DNA of 50,294 nucleotides, counting the filler, from Circinaria calcarea (Eukaryota), in the NCBI GenBank assembly GCA_051942165.1. It is 2 parts of 2 records of this genome, joined end to end, with 100 filler letters (N's around TTAATTAATTAA, not from the genome) between each part and the next. Parts side by side here need not be neighbours in the genome. Positions count along the whole stretch, not along the records: positions 1 to 25,113 come from JAVECS010000096.1; 1 more part is not named here. The stretch is one strand, 5' to 3'. The notes below the pieces were generated by a model, which worked only from the letters and a program-made list of their open reading frames with translations, was not told where the DNA came from and searched no databases. Positions 10,189 to 22,205 of the stretch are shown here, piece after piece. The position numbers were made by a program, and so were the translations under genes. The stretch's first letter is position 1; each line of letters begins with the position of its first letter.

Positions 10189-12617
10189 ATGGTTGGCAAG
10201 AAATCTGGGAAGGCCCTCCTTCGTGAGGAAGGTACGATAACTAATACTGCTCATTCTAAAAACACCTGCTGAAAGATAGGTTTGGCAGGCCTGGAGCGGA
10301 CGGATAACAATATGGATCTTACAACATGGCCTCAAGTGAACATGATCAATCAGAAGAATTATTACACGTGAGTTCCTTTGAATGGATAGCCATGGAACCA
10401 GCCTACAGACCGGAGAGGGAAGTAACCATGGACTGTGCTAGATGTGGCTTCAAGCTGCAGTCAGTGCCTTTCTATCAGGATCTGGCATAATGGCTAACAG
10501 ACTTCTACTGACTTCGGCCTAATTTTCAGGGAGTATTTAAAGCGGGATGATCAGATTCTCCCTCTACGCCTTCTACAAGAGGAGCGACGCAACCGCATGG
10601 CTGCGAGTGCCAAAGATAGAGACCGGGCATTGGCCCAGTCGAAATCCAATGATTTACCTCCTGCAGATGTGGAAATGGATATTGATGAGGACGCAGGGAT
10701 TGACGACCTTGGGGCTGTCGCCAATGGTCTTGATCCTTCAGGAACAAAAGTTATTGTAATACACCCTGGAAGTCAGAACCTACGGATAGGGCTAGCTAGC
10801 GATGCGTTACCTAAAACGATTCCTATGGTTATTGCAAGAAAATGGACGTGCAGTGAGTCTGAAGAGGACCATGGGGAACCCAGACCGAAAAGGATTAAGC
10901 TGGATGATGGGTCTGCACCGGAGCCTGAGCTGATGTTTGGCCAAGAAGTAGGTACCTAATTCCTCACAAATGTTTTCGGATACTCAAGTATAGTCAGTTT
11001 GCTAGTCAATACAGCGCGATGTCTGCAGAACTGAAGATCCACATGCGGGCAAACAAACGACGAGTGTTGCCCAATTCCAAAGAGCTTGTAGTAAACTACA
11101 ACAAGCGGACCCCGCCAGAGACGATTTCCGAGCACAATGACCCGATGCGCATTGACTGGACCGAGATACCGCAGCCTTCGGAGCAAGCCCCGGATTTCTT
11201 TACAGGAAAGGAGGCCTTAAGAATTCCAGATCACTCAAATCCGAAGTACAAACTCTTCTGGCCACTGCAAAGGGGTTGGTATAACGAACGGGACTACAAC
11301 AAGAAGACCCAACTCTATGAGGACATATCTGTCATCATTGAAGAAGCCATCAAACAGCAGCTTAACCTCCGAAAGAAAAGAGACTGGGCACAGTACGGCT
11401 GTGTATTCGTTATACCAGATTTATACGAGCGCCAATATGTAATTCAAGTCTTGGAAATGCTAATGCGGGACTTCGGCTTCGCGAGGGTCTGCTTCATTCA
11501 AGAGAGCCTTGCTGCAACCTTTGGCGCTGGCTACACAAGTGCTTGCGTGGTTGACATTGGAGCCCAGAAAACATCCATCTGTTGCGTTGAGGAGGGTATG
11601 TGTATCGAAAACTCTCGGGTCAATCTCAAGTATGGCGGAGCCGATGTCACGGATACTTTTATGAGGATGATGCTATTCGACCACTTCCCATACGCAGACA
11701 TCAATCTGAAGCGTCGGCACGACTTCCTACTTGCAGAAGAACTCAAATGCAAATTCTGCACTATGAGCGAAGCAGACGTTAGCGTTCAACTATTTGACTT
11801 TCACCTCAGGGTTTCAGGTCAAGACACGAGGAAGTACACGTTCAAGACTTATGATGAGGTGTTGCTGGCGCCACAGGGCTTCTTCCAGCCATCCATCTTC
11901 GATCACTCCGAGAAGCTTGAAGGTCGTCGGAAGCTTATCGGTCCATCACAAGACCTGTATGACGGCTCACCGAATGATCCTATATCAAAAGCACAATCCG
12001 CTATCATCCAACTGATTAGTCCCCACGTTCGTGCTAATGGCCAAGAGGCTGCCAGTGCAGATGATATGTCTAATGGTCCTGTAACATCAACTCCATTGCG
12101 GTTACCCCCGAATTCATTCAGTCGCTTCGCAGAGTCCGAGAATACACCCTCGTCTGCAATAGGTTCTCCAGCCCCTGATGGGGATGATACTCCTGCACCT
12201 GGGGCTGATGGTAACGTCGGCGGAGCTTCCAACCCTACTGGGTCTTCCGTACGCGATGATGTCCTTCCGATTGTATCGCTCGATTCGGCTATCTTTACGT
12301 CCATCCTTTACGGTGCAAATGAAGATGAGCGCAAGACCCGCGATTTCCTTGGCGGTATCATGGTCATCGGTGGGGGATCCCAGGTCAAAGGTTTCTATAC
12401 TTATCTCGAAGAAAAGCTAAAGGAGAAGAAACCTGGATATGCCAAGGATATCATGATCGGTACGCCACCCAGGGAGTTGGATCCGCAAGGTGTGGTATGG
12501 AAAGGTGGGAGCGTATTCGGGAAACTCCGGGGTACAAATGATAGCTGGATAGGGAGAATGGAATACGATCGGCTGGGATCCAGGCTTCTGGCTTACAAGT
12601 GCATGTGGGCTTGGTAG
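10189..12617 (+). CDS. ARP8: Actin-related protein 8 (INO80 complex)
   Basis: Four exons. MVGKKSGKALLREEG..INQKNYYTEYLKRDDQ, IVIHPGSQNLRIGLASD, CVVDIGAQKTSICCVEEG, WKGGSVF..EYDRLGSRLLAYKCMWAW. Confidence 0.95.
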
Positions 12618-13117
12618 GGATTTTGCTTCCGCGTCTGCGGTACTATTAACCGTACAGTTATGGTTATTTCTCAACGTTTGGATCAAAAGCTCTTGGCGTT
12701 AGAATTCTCAAGAGTAAACTCTGTAGGACCTTGCGTTTCGGGTGCGCGACTCAAAATGTCTGTTGGAGCGCATGCTGCTTTAGTGTGTCTTGGTTCTAAT
12801 ACTGCGTGGGGTTTCGAGCATCTATATGATACTGTCCCTGCAAGCTGTTAGTATCAGGAGAAGATCAACCGATTGGGGGAGCAGATAATATGGTGCGGGA
12901 CCTTTGCTGCATGGAGTTCCACCTTTGCTGTCTGGCGCCTCCAGAAAAGGTGTTTGGCGCATCACAAGTTTCAACATCCAGGCTTGTAGTAGATTTAAGC
13001 AGACTGTCGATTTTACACTGCTCATTATTATTATTTTTCACAATTTTTTAATGCAACTGAATAATCTCATCTTCTCCGTGGTAACCTGGAGGTTAGAGTT
13101 GATTGAGAATGCCTACG

Positions 13118-13908
13118 ATGTCAAAAATTCTTTATTATCTTACTTTATGTCTAAGCCTTTCTCCTTTGATAACTGCATCGCTTGTCCTAGACAATCACTC
13201 CGCCAAGGTAGTAGATGTTGCTGACACGAGGTAAATATCTGCCGAGCCCTGATCAACCCTCAGGCACTGCATTCCTAACGCCGACTTTTCAGCGTCTCCG
13301 AGTTTTCCGCCGATACCGCGGTACAGCACTCCAAGCGTGACGCCTACCGCCGCCAAGATCGCTGCCCTGCCGACCTCGTCTTTGATGAATCCGCGTGTCT
13401 TGGGGGCGTAAACCCTCAGATCTACCACCTAGTATGCATCCACCCAGTTACAAACGAGACAAGTGCCCAGTTAGGCTGGTGCCGAATCGACGAAATCTGC
13501 ATCACTCGTTGGGAGGCCTTCCCCGGCAATATGGGGCCGCTGTCCCGGGCCTATTGCGTCGGCCTGCGGAGTTTGATCTCCTGGGCCGCTCCCAAGTTGA
13601 AAAGGACGGTGGAGAGCATCGGCGCCACCCGGGTGGGCCTGCCATTGAGTCGGAAAAAGCACAAGGTCGAAGCGATTCTGACGGGGTTGGATGTGCATGA
13701 GTCGGTGAACGCGTCGACGATCCGGATCGAGGCGCAGAAGTCGGTCATGGTACACGGACGTCGGCTGTGGACGACGCTCCCGGCTGGAACGAGTCAGTGC
13801 AGTGATTGCGGCATGGTGGAGCTTCTGGTGCCCACGGAGACCCAGAGGTTCTTGGTCAGCGTGGCGATGGCAACGGTTGCTGGGTTCTTGCATTTGGGGG
13901 CGTTCTAA
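13118..13908 (+). CDS. Small secreted cysteine-rich protein, about 242 aa, with Kex2 propeptide; FOLD/SIX1-like Cys pattern
   Basis: Exon 1 13118-13230, intron 13231-13292 (GTAAAT..CCTAAC..CAG), exon 2 13293-13908 in frame. Signal peptide MSKILYYLTLCLSLSPLITA, HSKR site, 8 Cys in the mature part. Alternative ATG at 13109. Confidence 0.8.
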
Positions 13909-15162
13909 TCTTGAAGGTTTTTATACGGTGGTTGTCTACAGCCCCGACGGGATCTTACTGCCCTCTGCTTTGAACGCTCTTCTCGACTTCGATGGTCGTG
14001 CCAGCCCAATAATATGGGGCTAGGCGTAAATTCCCTGGGCGGCCGGGTGAAGGGAACGGGATTCACAGGAGTACGAAAGGTACAAGTAGGTCCTTAAGAG
14101 AAACTAGAACCCTTTAGATATACCAAATTGCCCGGGTTGGTTTTGATACAAGGGTTGTTTGGATCCAATCTCAAAATTTTCAAAGGGAACATCGAAGGAG
14201 CACCGAGAGAGTATCAGAAGACGATGAGGGAGCAAGGAGTGGAAATAGTGGTAGTAACAAATCCTGTGCTGTGCTCTGCTTGCAAGCTATGATACACTGC
14301 GGCCCCCACCCGCACCGGTAGTTGTCTTTTTGACGTATTAAACCGGCATTTGCTTCAACACGCACTGCAATCGCAAACGCAGATTCCTTTATTGCAGCGT
14401 TCCCATCCGGAGGAGCACCAACAGCGCGGAGAATATCGAGAGTAATGGCATTTATAACTCATATATTTAGCACAGTATCCATCATCGCTTTATACTAGAA
14501 ATATACTTGCTTGAAAGATGCTGTAAATCATTCACTGTCTCTGGGACGAATAGAATCGGCTCGTTGGTGATAGCAGAACGTAAAAGATATAAGAGGTTGA
14601 TCGGGTTTACTGATTTAACTATTATGAAGTCAAACTAAGTTGTTACCGTTACTACAAGACACACAAGTTAAATCAAGGAAGTTGTACGTAACTATTATGT
14701 TTCTTGCCTCGCAGTAATCAGAGTCACCATTTGCCTTCGTAAAGCACGTAGTTCCTTAAGAATCACGTTTTCCTTCTTGCAAGGTAGGCAGATTTGCACA
14801 ACGACCGAGCTCACGAGAAAGGTCTGTGTGTGACCTTGCAATGATCTTAAAGTTTGGTAGTTAGTTAATGGTGGATTCGCCATATCGTGAGACACAAGTT
14901 ATAGTGTTAAGGCTTATAGAGAGCAGGATCCTAGCAGTAACGAATTTGGCTATTGGATGGATGCTGATTGTTCGTCTTACGCTTTCGTTATATAGTCTAA
15001 ACTATGATGGTACTAGCGTCTATCTGGGGGATACAAAATGTCATATTCTACCGCGAAAGCAGAATCACCGTCACATAAGGGACGCGTTGAGGAGTTATTT
15101 CTTAGTTGGACTTACCACTACAGCCACCACTTCTGCATGCCGAAGCGATTGATAGCAACAAT

Positions 15163-16640
15163 ATGTCAGGACAGCAAGGTCGTCCAGAGCGCGTAATTCA
15201 CCAGGATTACATTGTACGTCAACGTTACAATAATGCTCTACCTCCACCTCCAGGAGCTCCAAAGTTATTAGACATTCCCACCGACGGCTTAGCTTATTAC
15301 ACCTCACCCAGCTTTGCTACACGTCTGGCCCGTCAGGAACCTCTCAATATCGAGGCTGATGCTTTCCTTGGAATGGGCATCGATCTCTTGGGGGTACCGG
15401 GTTACTTCGATGGCGACGAGAGTGGTAGGTCCTGAAAGAGAGTCCGGAGTTGCCGTTGATCATGTTCACTTACGTAACTTTCGCAGCTGTTATGGCTCCG
15501 GATATTCCACCCCCAGTTCATCCAAAGGATCGAAAGCTCCTGCGTCCCCTCAAATCGTTGGGCCAGCCGAAAACCGAGAATGCAGGCGTCAGCTTCTTAC
15601 GTCGTACTCAGTATACCGCTGAGGAAGCTGGCCGTTCGCGGTCCGATCCCACAGCTCCTAGAAGCTCGGTAAACCACAGTGTAAAAAAGAGACGACAGAC
15701 AGATGCCTCAAAGGATGAGCCAATCAACATTCTCCGGTCAGCGATCAAAAGCTTTGATATTGCAAACCCATCCGATGCTTACAAAGGTCCCGATGTCGAG
15801 CAAAAGATTCGCGGCTTTGCCCCAACGACCGTCGAGATGGATGCCTGGAAGAAACCGGTGCACCCATCCAACCCGAAACTCAAACTGATCGACACATATC
15901 CCGTCTTGCCTGATTTTGATGCACTTACCGATTCAAATGGCTACGTGGTTGCCAAGTTTGCTGGAAACCCTGCCAATGCCACAACCAGCTACGATGAGCG
16001 CATGGAAGTTGGACTTTTGCACCCCATCGATCTAACTCCAGCACAGATGGTCGAGTACAAGTCGAGGTTTGCTGCTCATGAAGCTGATCCTATCAATTAT
16101 CCAAATCCGGGTCTTCCCACATTCGACTACCATTTCTTTCTTCCAGCTGACGTGCAAACAGCTAAGAATATGAAGAAAAAATTCGATGTCAATGACCCCG
16201 AACGTGATGACCCCAAACTGTATACCAACAAAGGCAAATCAGGCCAGAAAGATTCGTTCCGCCTTAATCACGTCCGAATCTATGAAACAGGTTTGCAGTC
16301 AAGCAACGGCACGCATCCGTACCAGGAGGTTGTACTAGCACTCTTTGACCCGGAGCTCGAAGACCAAATGGCAGGTACTACTGCTGGTGACGGTAGCGGA
16401 CGTGCAAATCCTCGTCAGAAGGGGGCCTACTATCTCCCGATTATTTCCAAGGTTCAACTCAAGCCGCGTCGGAGTAAGCATCTGGCACAAATGGGGCTTC
16501 AAGGCAGCGCAGTGAATGTCGATGACACCGAGAAAATTGACGCTGCAGACCTCACAGTCCGTGAGCTTGACGAAATGGAACTTGACCTACGTGCCACCTA
16601 CAAGGCCACTCTTGGTGTTGTGTCCGAAACCAAGGTATAG
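15163..16640 (+). CDS. PAF1: RNA polymerase II-associated factor Paf1
   Basis: HQDYIVRQRYNNALPPPPGAPKLL, GMGIDL, VHPKDRKLLRP, VSFLRRTQY, HPSNPKLKLIDTYPVLPDF; intron 15425-15486. Confidence 0.93.
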
Positions 16641-17243
16641 CACTAGGAAGTCTTCGAGGAAGAGAGGCTTGATTTGTTGATTTGGAAATGGCGAAGATAC
16701 CCAAGCATGGCGTTGGCGGATACTTGCTCCCTTGCTAGATAATGACCAACATACTTGAATATATTGATGTTGATAGAAAAGTTCCAAGATATGCCTGAAC
16801 GCATTAAGACAATCCATACGACCATTTTGCAGTGATGGTCACGCTTTGCAGTCCATCCCCAACATGTATCGCTAACCTAAGATAACTCAATTGTCATGCC
16901 CGTAAACCTACTTCTGTTTACGGTACTATGAAGATTGGATACTCGTAGAACGCACACTCGCTAACCACAAGCTCCGACAGCGTTCACTCTACCCGGAATA
17001 AATCATACATACGGAACCTTTCTTTAAGGTGAGATTTCCCAAATTCCTTGATTATGGCCGCTGTACTTATCGATACTAAGCGCTTCCGATGGTGTTTAAT
17101 TAGCACGCCGCTGAGCTATGCTGCGTCAATGCCGCCAGAATCCCACTGTTATCCATTACGTTGGGATCAATGGTCCTCGGGGTTGATTTTTGACGCCAGT
17201 TGCCTCAAGCACCCCCTATACCGTGTTCTGGGCCATTATCAGG

Positions 17244-18974
17244 ATGAGCGCTCCAGACAACAGAGAAGATGAGCAGCCACAGCATAGTGAGACTGGCGCA
17301 GAAATACTCGGGCCAACTGAACCCCTGGGCAATGACTCTGCAACGGCATCTGGGAGCATCAACGTTCCAACAGCAGACCTTGAAGCAGAGCTGCCAATGC
17401 CGACCAGGGACATCAACGATTTACTTAAGCCGCCTACAAATATGACTACGATGCGTATGCGTCTTTTCGAAGTGAAAAACCCAATCGAGCTTAAGATCGA
17501 AGAATTTGAGCGATATTGGCCATTCATTGATAATGTTTGGGTCAGGCAGCACAGAGCTGGTGCAGATAGAAGCGGACGAGTCAAGACAGATTACTATGCT
17601 TGTCGATTACAACGTCCAACCTATACACCGAAAAGTGGCGCGGACAAGACCAACCCAGAAGGGAAGCCTCTACGGAAGAAGCAGATTAGGGAAGGAGGGA
17701 CATGCCAAATGCGTCTCAAAACGATCCGGATCGAGGGGGGCTACTCGGGTTATACTATCGTTCGAATCGGCGAACAGGAGCACCACACTCATGACTTGGA
17801 CCACATGGACAAAATAAAACGGAATACGGTAATTATGGAAATCGCCAAGGCAGAGGTGATGAAAGGTTTCATGCCAGCGTCCGTGTTTACAGTCATGAAC
17901 GAGGACCCCGAAAAGCTTGCTGCCGCTGGAGGTCGACATCTTAATCGAAACGATGTACGTAATGCTTCTCAAGCTTGGCGGCAGGTTCATCGGGGGGAAC
18001 TAAGTGTACACCCGGGTTACAAATATGATCACGGTAACGGAATAGTGAGGGATCAAGCACCGCAGGTTGCTAATGCGACGAACGGTGACCCCCCTATGTT
18101 AGATCCTGTATTAGCTGGAAGCCAATCGATACCGCCGTCACGGGCCCTCCGATTTCCCATGGAAAGTCGGGGTTTTCTTGACCCTTTCTTGCCACCCTCT
18201 AACCTCGTTGTCGGTGAAGATACTTCCGTCGAGGGCGCACTTCCATTCGTCACCTTGACTTATGCCTCTTCTCTGGATTCGTTTCTTGCCATTGCCCCGA
18301 ACACTCCAACCCCCCTTTCCGGTCCCCAATCAAAAGCCATGACTCATTATCTTCGTTCAAAGCACGATGCCATCTTGATCGGTGTCGGTACGGCAGCCGC
18401 CGACGATCCTGCACTGAACTGTAGACTGGAAGGCGTTGGAGGCTTTGGTGGACTCGGCTGGGAAGGCCAACCGAGACCGATAGTTATCGATCCGAGGGCC
18501 CGCTGGCAGCTTGGGCCTCAATCGAGGATCTTGAAGGCCGTTTCCGAAGGTAAAGGGAGAGGACCATGGATCATTATTGCTCCGGGCTTCCCCATGGATC
18601 CAAATCGACTGGAGATGCTCAAACATTACGGCGGAAAGTACCTTGGCCTTCCGGACATGAACATGCATTACAAGCTCAGATGGGAAGCGATATTCAAGGC
18701 CTTGGCGGCTGAGGGTATCAGGAGCGTCATGGTCGAAGGCGGGGGGACCGTGATCAACGACCTGTTACAACCTGAACATGCCAGCCTCATCAACTCGGTC
18801 ATTGTCACGATAGCACCAACTTATCTTGGTACCGGGGGTGTGGTTGTGTGTCCCACGCGCAATTTCGACGAAGCAGGTCGACCACGACCTGTGGCCAGGT
18901 TCCAAGATGTCCGGTGGCAGCCCATGGGCGAAGACGTGGTCATGTGCGGTAGACTAATAGGACACCATCAATAG
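17244..18974 (+). CDS. RIB7: RibD C-terminal (Rib7-type pyrimidine reductase) domain fused to an N-terminal WRKY/GCM1-like Zn-binding domain
   Basis: Single ORF. C-half has PFVTLTYASSLD, SKAMTHYLRSKHDAILIGVGTAAADDPALNCR, QPRPIVID, SVMVEGGGTVI; N-half has C-x33-C-x26-HxH. Confidence 0.85.
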   Translation: MSAPDNREDEQPQHSETGAEILGPTEPLGNDSATASGSINVPTADLEAELPMPTRDINDLLKPPTNMTTMRMRLFEVKNPIELKIEEFERYWPFIDNVWVRQHRAGADRSGRVKTDYYACRLQRPTYTPKSGADKTNPEGKPLRKKQIREGGTCQMRLKTIRIEGGYSGYTIVRIGEQEHHTHDLDHMDKIKRNTVIMEIAKAEVMKGFMPASVFTVMNEDPEKLAAAGGRHLNRNDVRNASQAWRQVHRGELSVHPGYKYDHGNGIVRDQAPQVANATNGDPPMLDPVLAGSQSIPPSRALRFPMESRGFLDPFLPPSNLVVGEDTSVEGALPFVTLTYASSLDSFLAIAPNTPTPLSGPQSKAMTHYLRSKHDAILIGVGTAAADDPALNCRLEGVGGFGGLGWEGQPRPIVIDPRARWQLGPQSRILKAVSEGKGRGPWIIIAPGFPMDPNRLEMLKHYGGKYLGLPDMNMHYKLRWEAIFKALAAEGIRSVMVEGGGTVINDLLQPEHASLINSVIVTIAPTYLGTGGVVVCPTRNFDEAGRPRPVARFQDVRWQPMGEDVVMCGRLIGHHQ

Positions 18975-19766
18975 CTATTCTGGCACATCTAGCACATCCA
19001 ACGAAATCTTCTGCAGTCGCAAAACGGGCCTTAGGTGGCTAGTAGTGATCTAGCAACAAGCAACAACAAGATAAGGCAAGCTGTTAACAAAACAGACTCT
19101 CTGGTATGTTCCTCTGTGACAAAGATAACTTAACCATTATGCTCCTCTAACACTCAAGCTCCTTTGCTAGAATAGTGGATTACTCGAATACTAGGGTTAA
19201 GGAGCACGCTTTTGCAGTCCTTGATTAGGGGTCATTCGATATCAAGCACCGGAGGAAGCTTGACTCTACGGCCGAGGAGTAGACACGAACGAGAGCATCG
19301 AAGGCGCTGTGCATGTGGCCCTTCTACTATACATGGGCGATTGAAGATAGGTTTCGGGTATAAAAGACTTATCGGGTGGCTACGCCAGGTGTGAATATGG
19401 GAGATCTACTGTTTGTGATTCTACACCACGCATGCAGCGGGATTAGAAGCATAGGTATAATGCATCTCACCACGACGGTAAATATGATTACGTGATGTAG
19501 TCATAGGGTTGACTTTCCTATTGTCATTGTAGACGTGATAAGCATTGTTGATAGCTTTGTCCCATTGACCATTGACTCCTATTGAACTCGTAGAATTAGT
19601 GCCAGTTGTGCTGCCACGACTCTGAACCAGCCCTCAATTCCAACTCTGTTCTTTCGTCTTTCATACCATCATCTTTTCCACTTTCAGTGTTCACCACCTT
19701 CTTGTCCAACTTCGAGTAGCTGGTCCACTCACTTCTGTCGGGAGGAAACATTTAGACGAATTCAAC

Positions 19767-21930
19767 ATGGGAAACGTAAGTTCGCGCTAGGCAACCCATG
19801 CCGCAGCTCCACATTCCGCGGCTAGCCAAGGGTATCTAGAACGCGCCTAACATTATTTATTATTTTCGACAGTTCAAGTTCCAAGCGCGAGCTCGAGACA
19901 TAAAGAACGAGAACGCCTTCTTGAAGGCAACCAACCCCCGGCGGAAGACAACTCCTACCGAGAGATACCTCGCGGCGCGCGCAGAACTGCAGACGATGGC
20001 TTCTACCCTTCCTGCGACGACCAGTAAGCTTCTGACTCGAATGTAGCTCCTGCAATACTGACATGCGCTTCAGCACGTCAGAGAGCTGTAAAGGTAGCTC
20101 ATAATAATCTTAATAACCGTACGTCTATTATCGTCGGCTTGGTTCGCTGTTCTTCGTTCCCCCGCTGACTGAGACCTCAAGCGGCACCGAATGCGGCCAA
20201 ATCAAAGGCCAAGCCAGCTGCCAAAGCTGCCGCCAAAAAAGGTACAACTGAAGTACGGAACCAGCATCTTCCGGCGTCTTTACTAATCATGAGCTACAGG
20301 TACCACCAAGGCCACCAAGGCCACCAAAGCCACCAAAGCCAGCGCGTCGACCGCCACTACCAGCAAGCCTGCCGCCAACGTGTCGAAAAAGCGCAAGAAC
20401 GGCGGCAGCGGGGACGGCGAGGAAGCAGGTCCTGCCAAGAAGTCTCGCGCCGCTCCAAAGACCACCGCAAATACCTCTAAGAAGCGTAAGAGCACTGACG
20501 ATGAAGAGAGCTCGGACGAGGAAGAGCAACCGCCCGTCAAGAAAGTACGCGCGGAACCAAAGAAGGCAGCTCGCAAGCCCAAGGTTGTCATCAACAAAGC
20601 TCCTGAAGATAGGCTGAAGATCTTTGTATTCGGTGAAGGCGGCAACGGCGAACTCGGCCTTGGGCATATGAATGGTGCCAAAAAGGTGACCGAGGTTAAG
20701 CGTCCTCGACTTAATCATCTCCTTGATCCCGAAGATGTTGGAGTGGTACAGATTGCTACCGGTGGCATGCATGTTGTCGCCCTGACTTACGATAACAAGA
20801 TTCTAACTTGGGGAGTTAATGACAACGGCGCACTTGGGAGAGTTACTAAGGGCAAGGGTATGGTCGCAAATGATGACAGCGATCCGAATGACAGCGGCCT
20901 GAACCCGAGTGAGAGCACTCCGACTGCTATTCCAAGTGATTCCTTCCCGGAAGATACTGTAATCGTCCAGGTCGCTGCTGGGGACAGTATCTCTGTGGCA
21001 CTTACAGATGACGGGTTTGTTTATGGCTGGGGAACATTCCGAGTAAGTACTCATACCATCGGCCTCTTCTTTCCGTAGAGCTCAGCTAATCCATCTTCAC
21101 CCCAGGGCAACGAAGGTTTATTAGGTTTCGCTGCCGATACTGAGACTCAGTACAAACCAGCTCTTATTCCAGGTTTGAAGAAGATCACAAGCTTGGCCTG
21201 TGGTACAAACCACGTACTTGCACTTGATCAGAAGGGAGCCGTATTTGCTTGGGGCTCTGGTCAGCAAAACCAACTTGGGCGTCGTGTCGTCGAGCGCACC
21301 CGCGCGAATGGCTTGATTCCTCGTGAATTCGGCCTTCCAAAGAACAAGATCAAATATGTTGCTTGTGGTTCCTATCACTCGTTCGCAATCGACAAGAAAG
21401 GGGAGGTTTGGGCATGGGGTCTAAACAGCTATGGCCAAACGGGTATTGGCGAAGGAGTCGGGGACGATGCTGCAGCAATCCTAAAACCAAAGATTGTCAA
21501 GAGTCTTAGTGGCAAGGATGTTATTTGCCTGGCAGGTGGCGGCCATCATTCCGTCGCAGTCACGTCTGAAGGCGAATGTCTTGCTTGGGGTCGCGTCGAC
21601 GGGTCCCAGACCGGACTCGATGTTGATACAATCCCTCCGGAGAATTTGATCGATGACGCCCACGGTGTACACCGTATTCTAACGGAGCCGACACCTATTC
21701 CAGACATTGGGAAAGTTGTCCATGTAGATGCCGGGACGGACAATAATATCGCCATCACTGACGACGGCAAGGCTTTGGCTTGGGGTTTCAGTGAAAACTA
21801 CCAGACTGGACTTGGCCAGAGCGAGGATGCCGAAGTCCCTACTCATATTGACAACACGGCCGTTAGAGAAGAGAAGCTGATCTGGGCTGGCTGTGGCGGT
21901 CAATACTCCATGTTGGCCTCACACGCTTAG
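19767..21930 (+). CDS. pim1: RCC1-family Ran guanine nucleotide exchange factor (Pim1/Prp20-like); 5' micro-exons less certain
   Basis: RCC1 repeats (VFGEGGNGELGLG, TWGVNDNGALGR, AWGSGQQNQLGRR, WGLNSYGQTG, GCGGQYS) after a Lys/Ala-rich N-terminal tail with NLS-like KKRK; several short 5' exons joined in frame from ATG 19767. Confidence 0.9.
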
Positions 21931-22205
21931 GCACAATACTACATATTTTCCATACAGGCACTTCGGGCAAGCTACTTTTCTTCGTACGAGGGCATTGGAA
22001 ATTGCGAATGGTTTCGGGTAGCATTGCATTGTAGGTGGCAGTTCACTATGTCCTGCATTCCATTACAGTAGAGAGCAGCGTTGTTCAGATAGCTCAACAA
22101 AACTTTGCTCAATTAGCTCAATAGAATATTTGCTCACTACTAACTTCCTTCACAGAGGAGTTCACGTGGACATTTTGATATACACGCTGGATCACTAGCA
22201 TTAGG

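Noticed and set aside
10368..10529. ARP8 intron 2 (about 160 nt) with two branch-like sites, CCATGG repeats and an ACA, as a snoRNA or stwintron
   Set aside because: No properly placed H box or C/D boxes, and no nested donor would be recreated by removing an inner intron.
14000..15100. Short ORFs between the secreted-protein gene and PAF1
   Set aside because: No recognisable motifs and no coherent exon chain on either strand.
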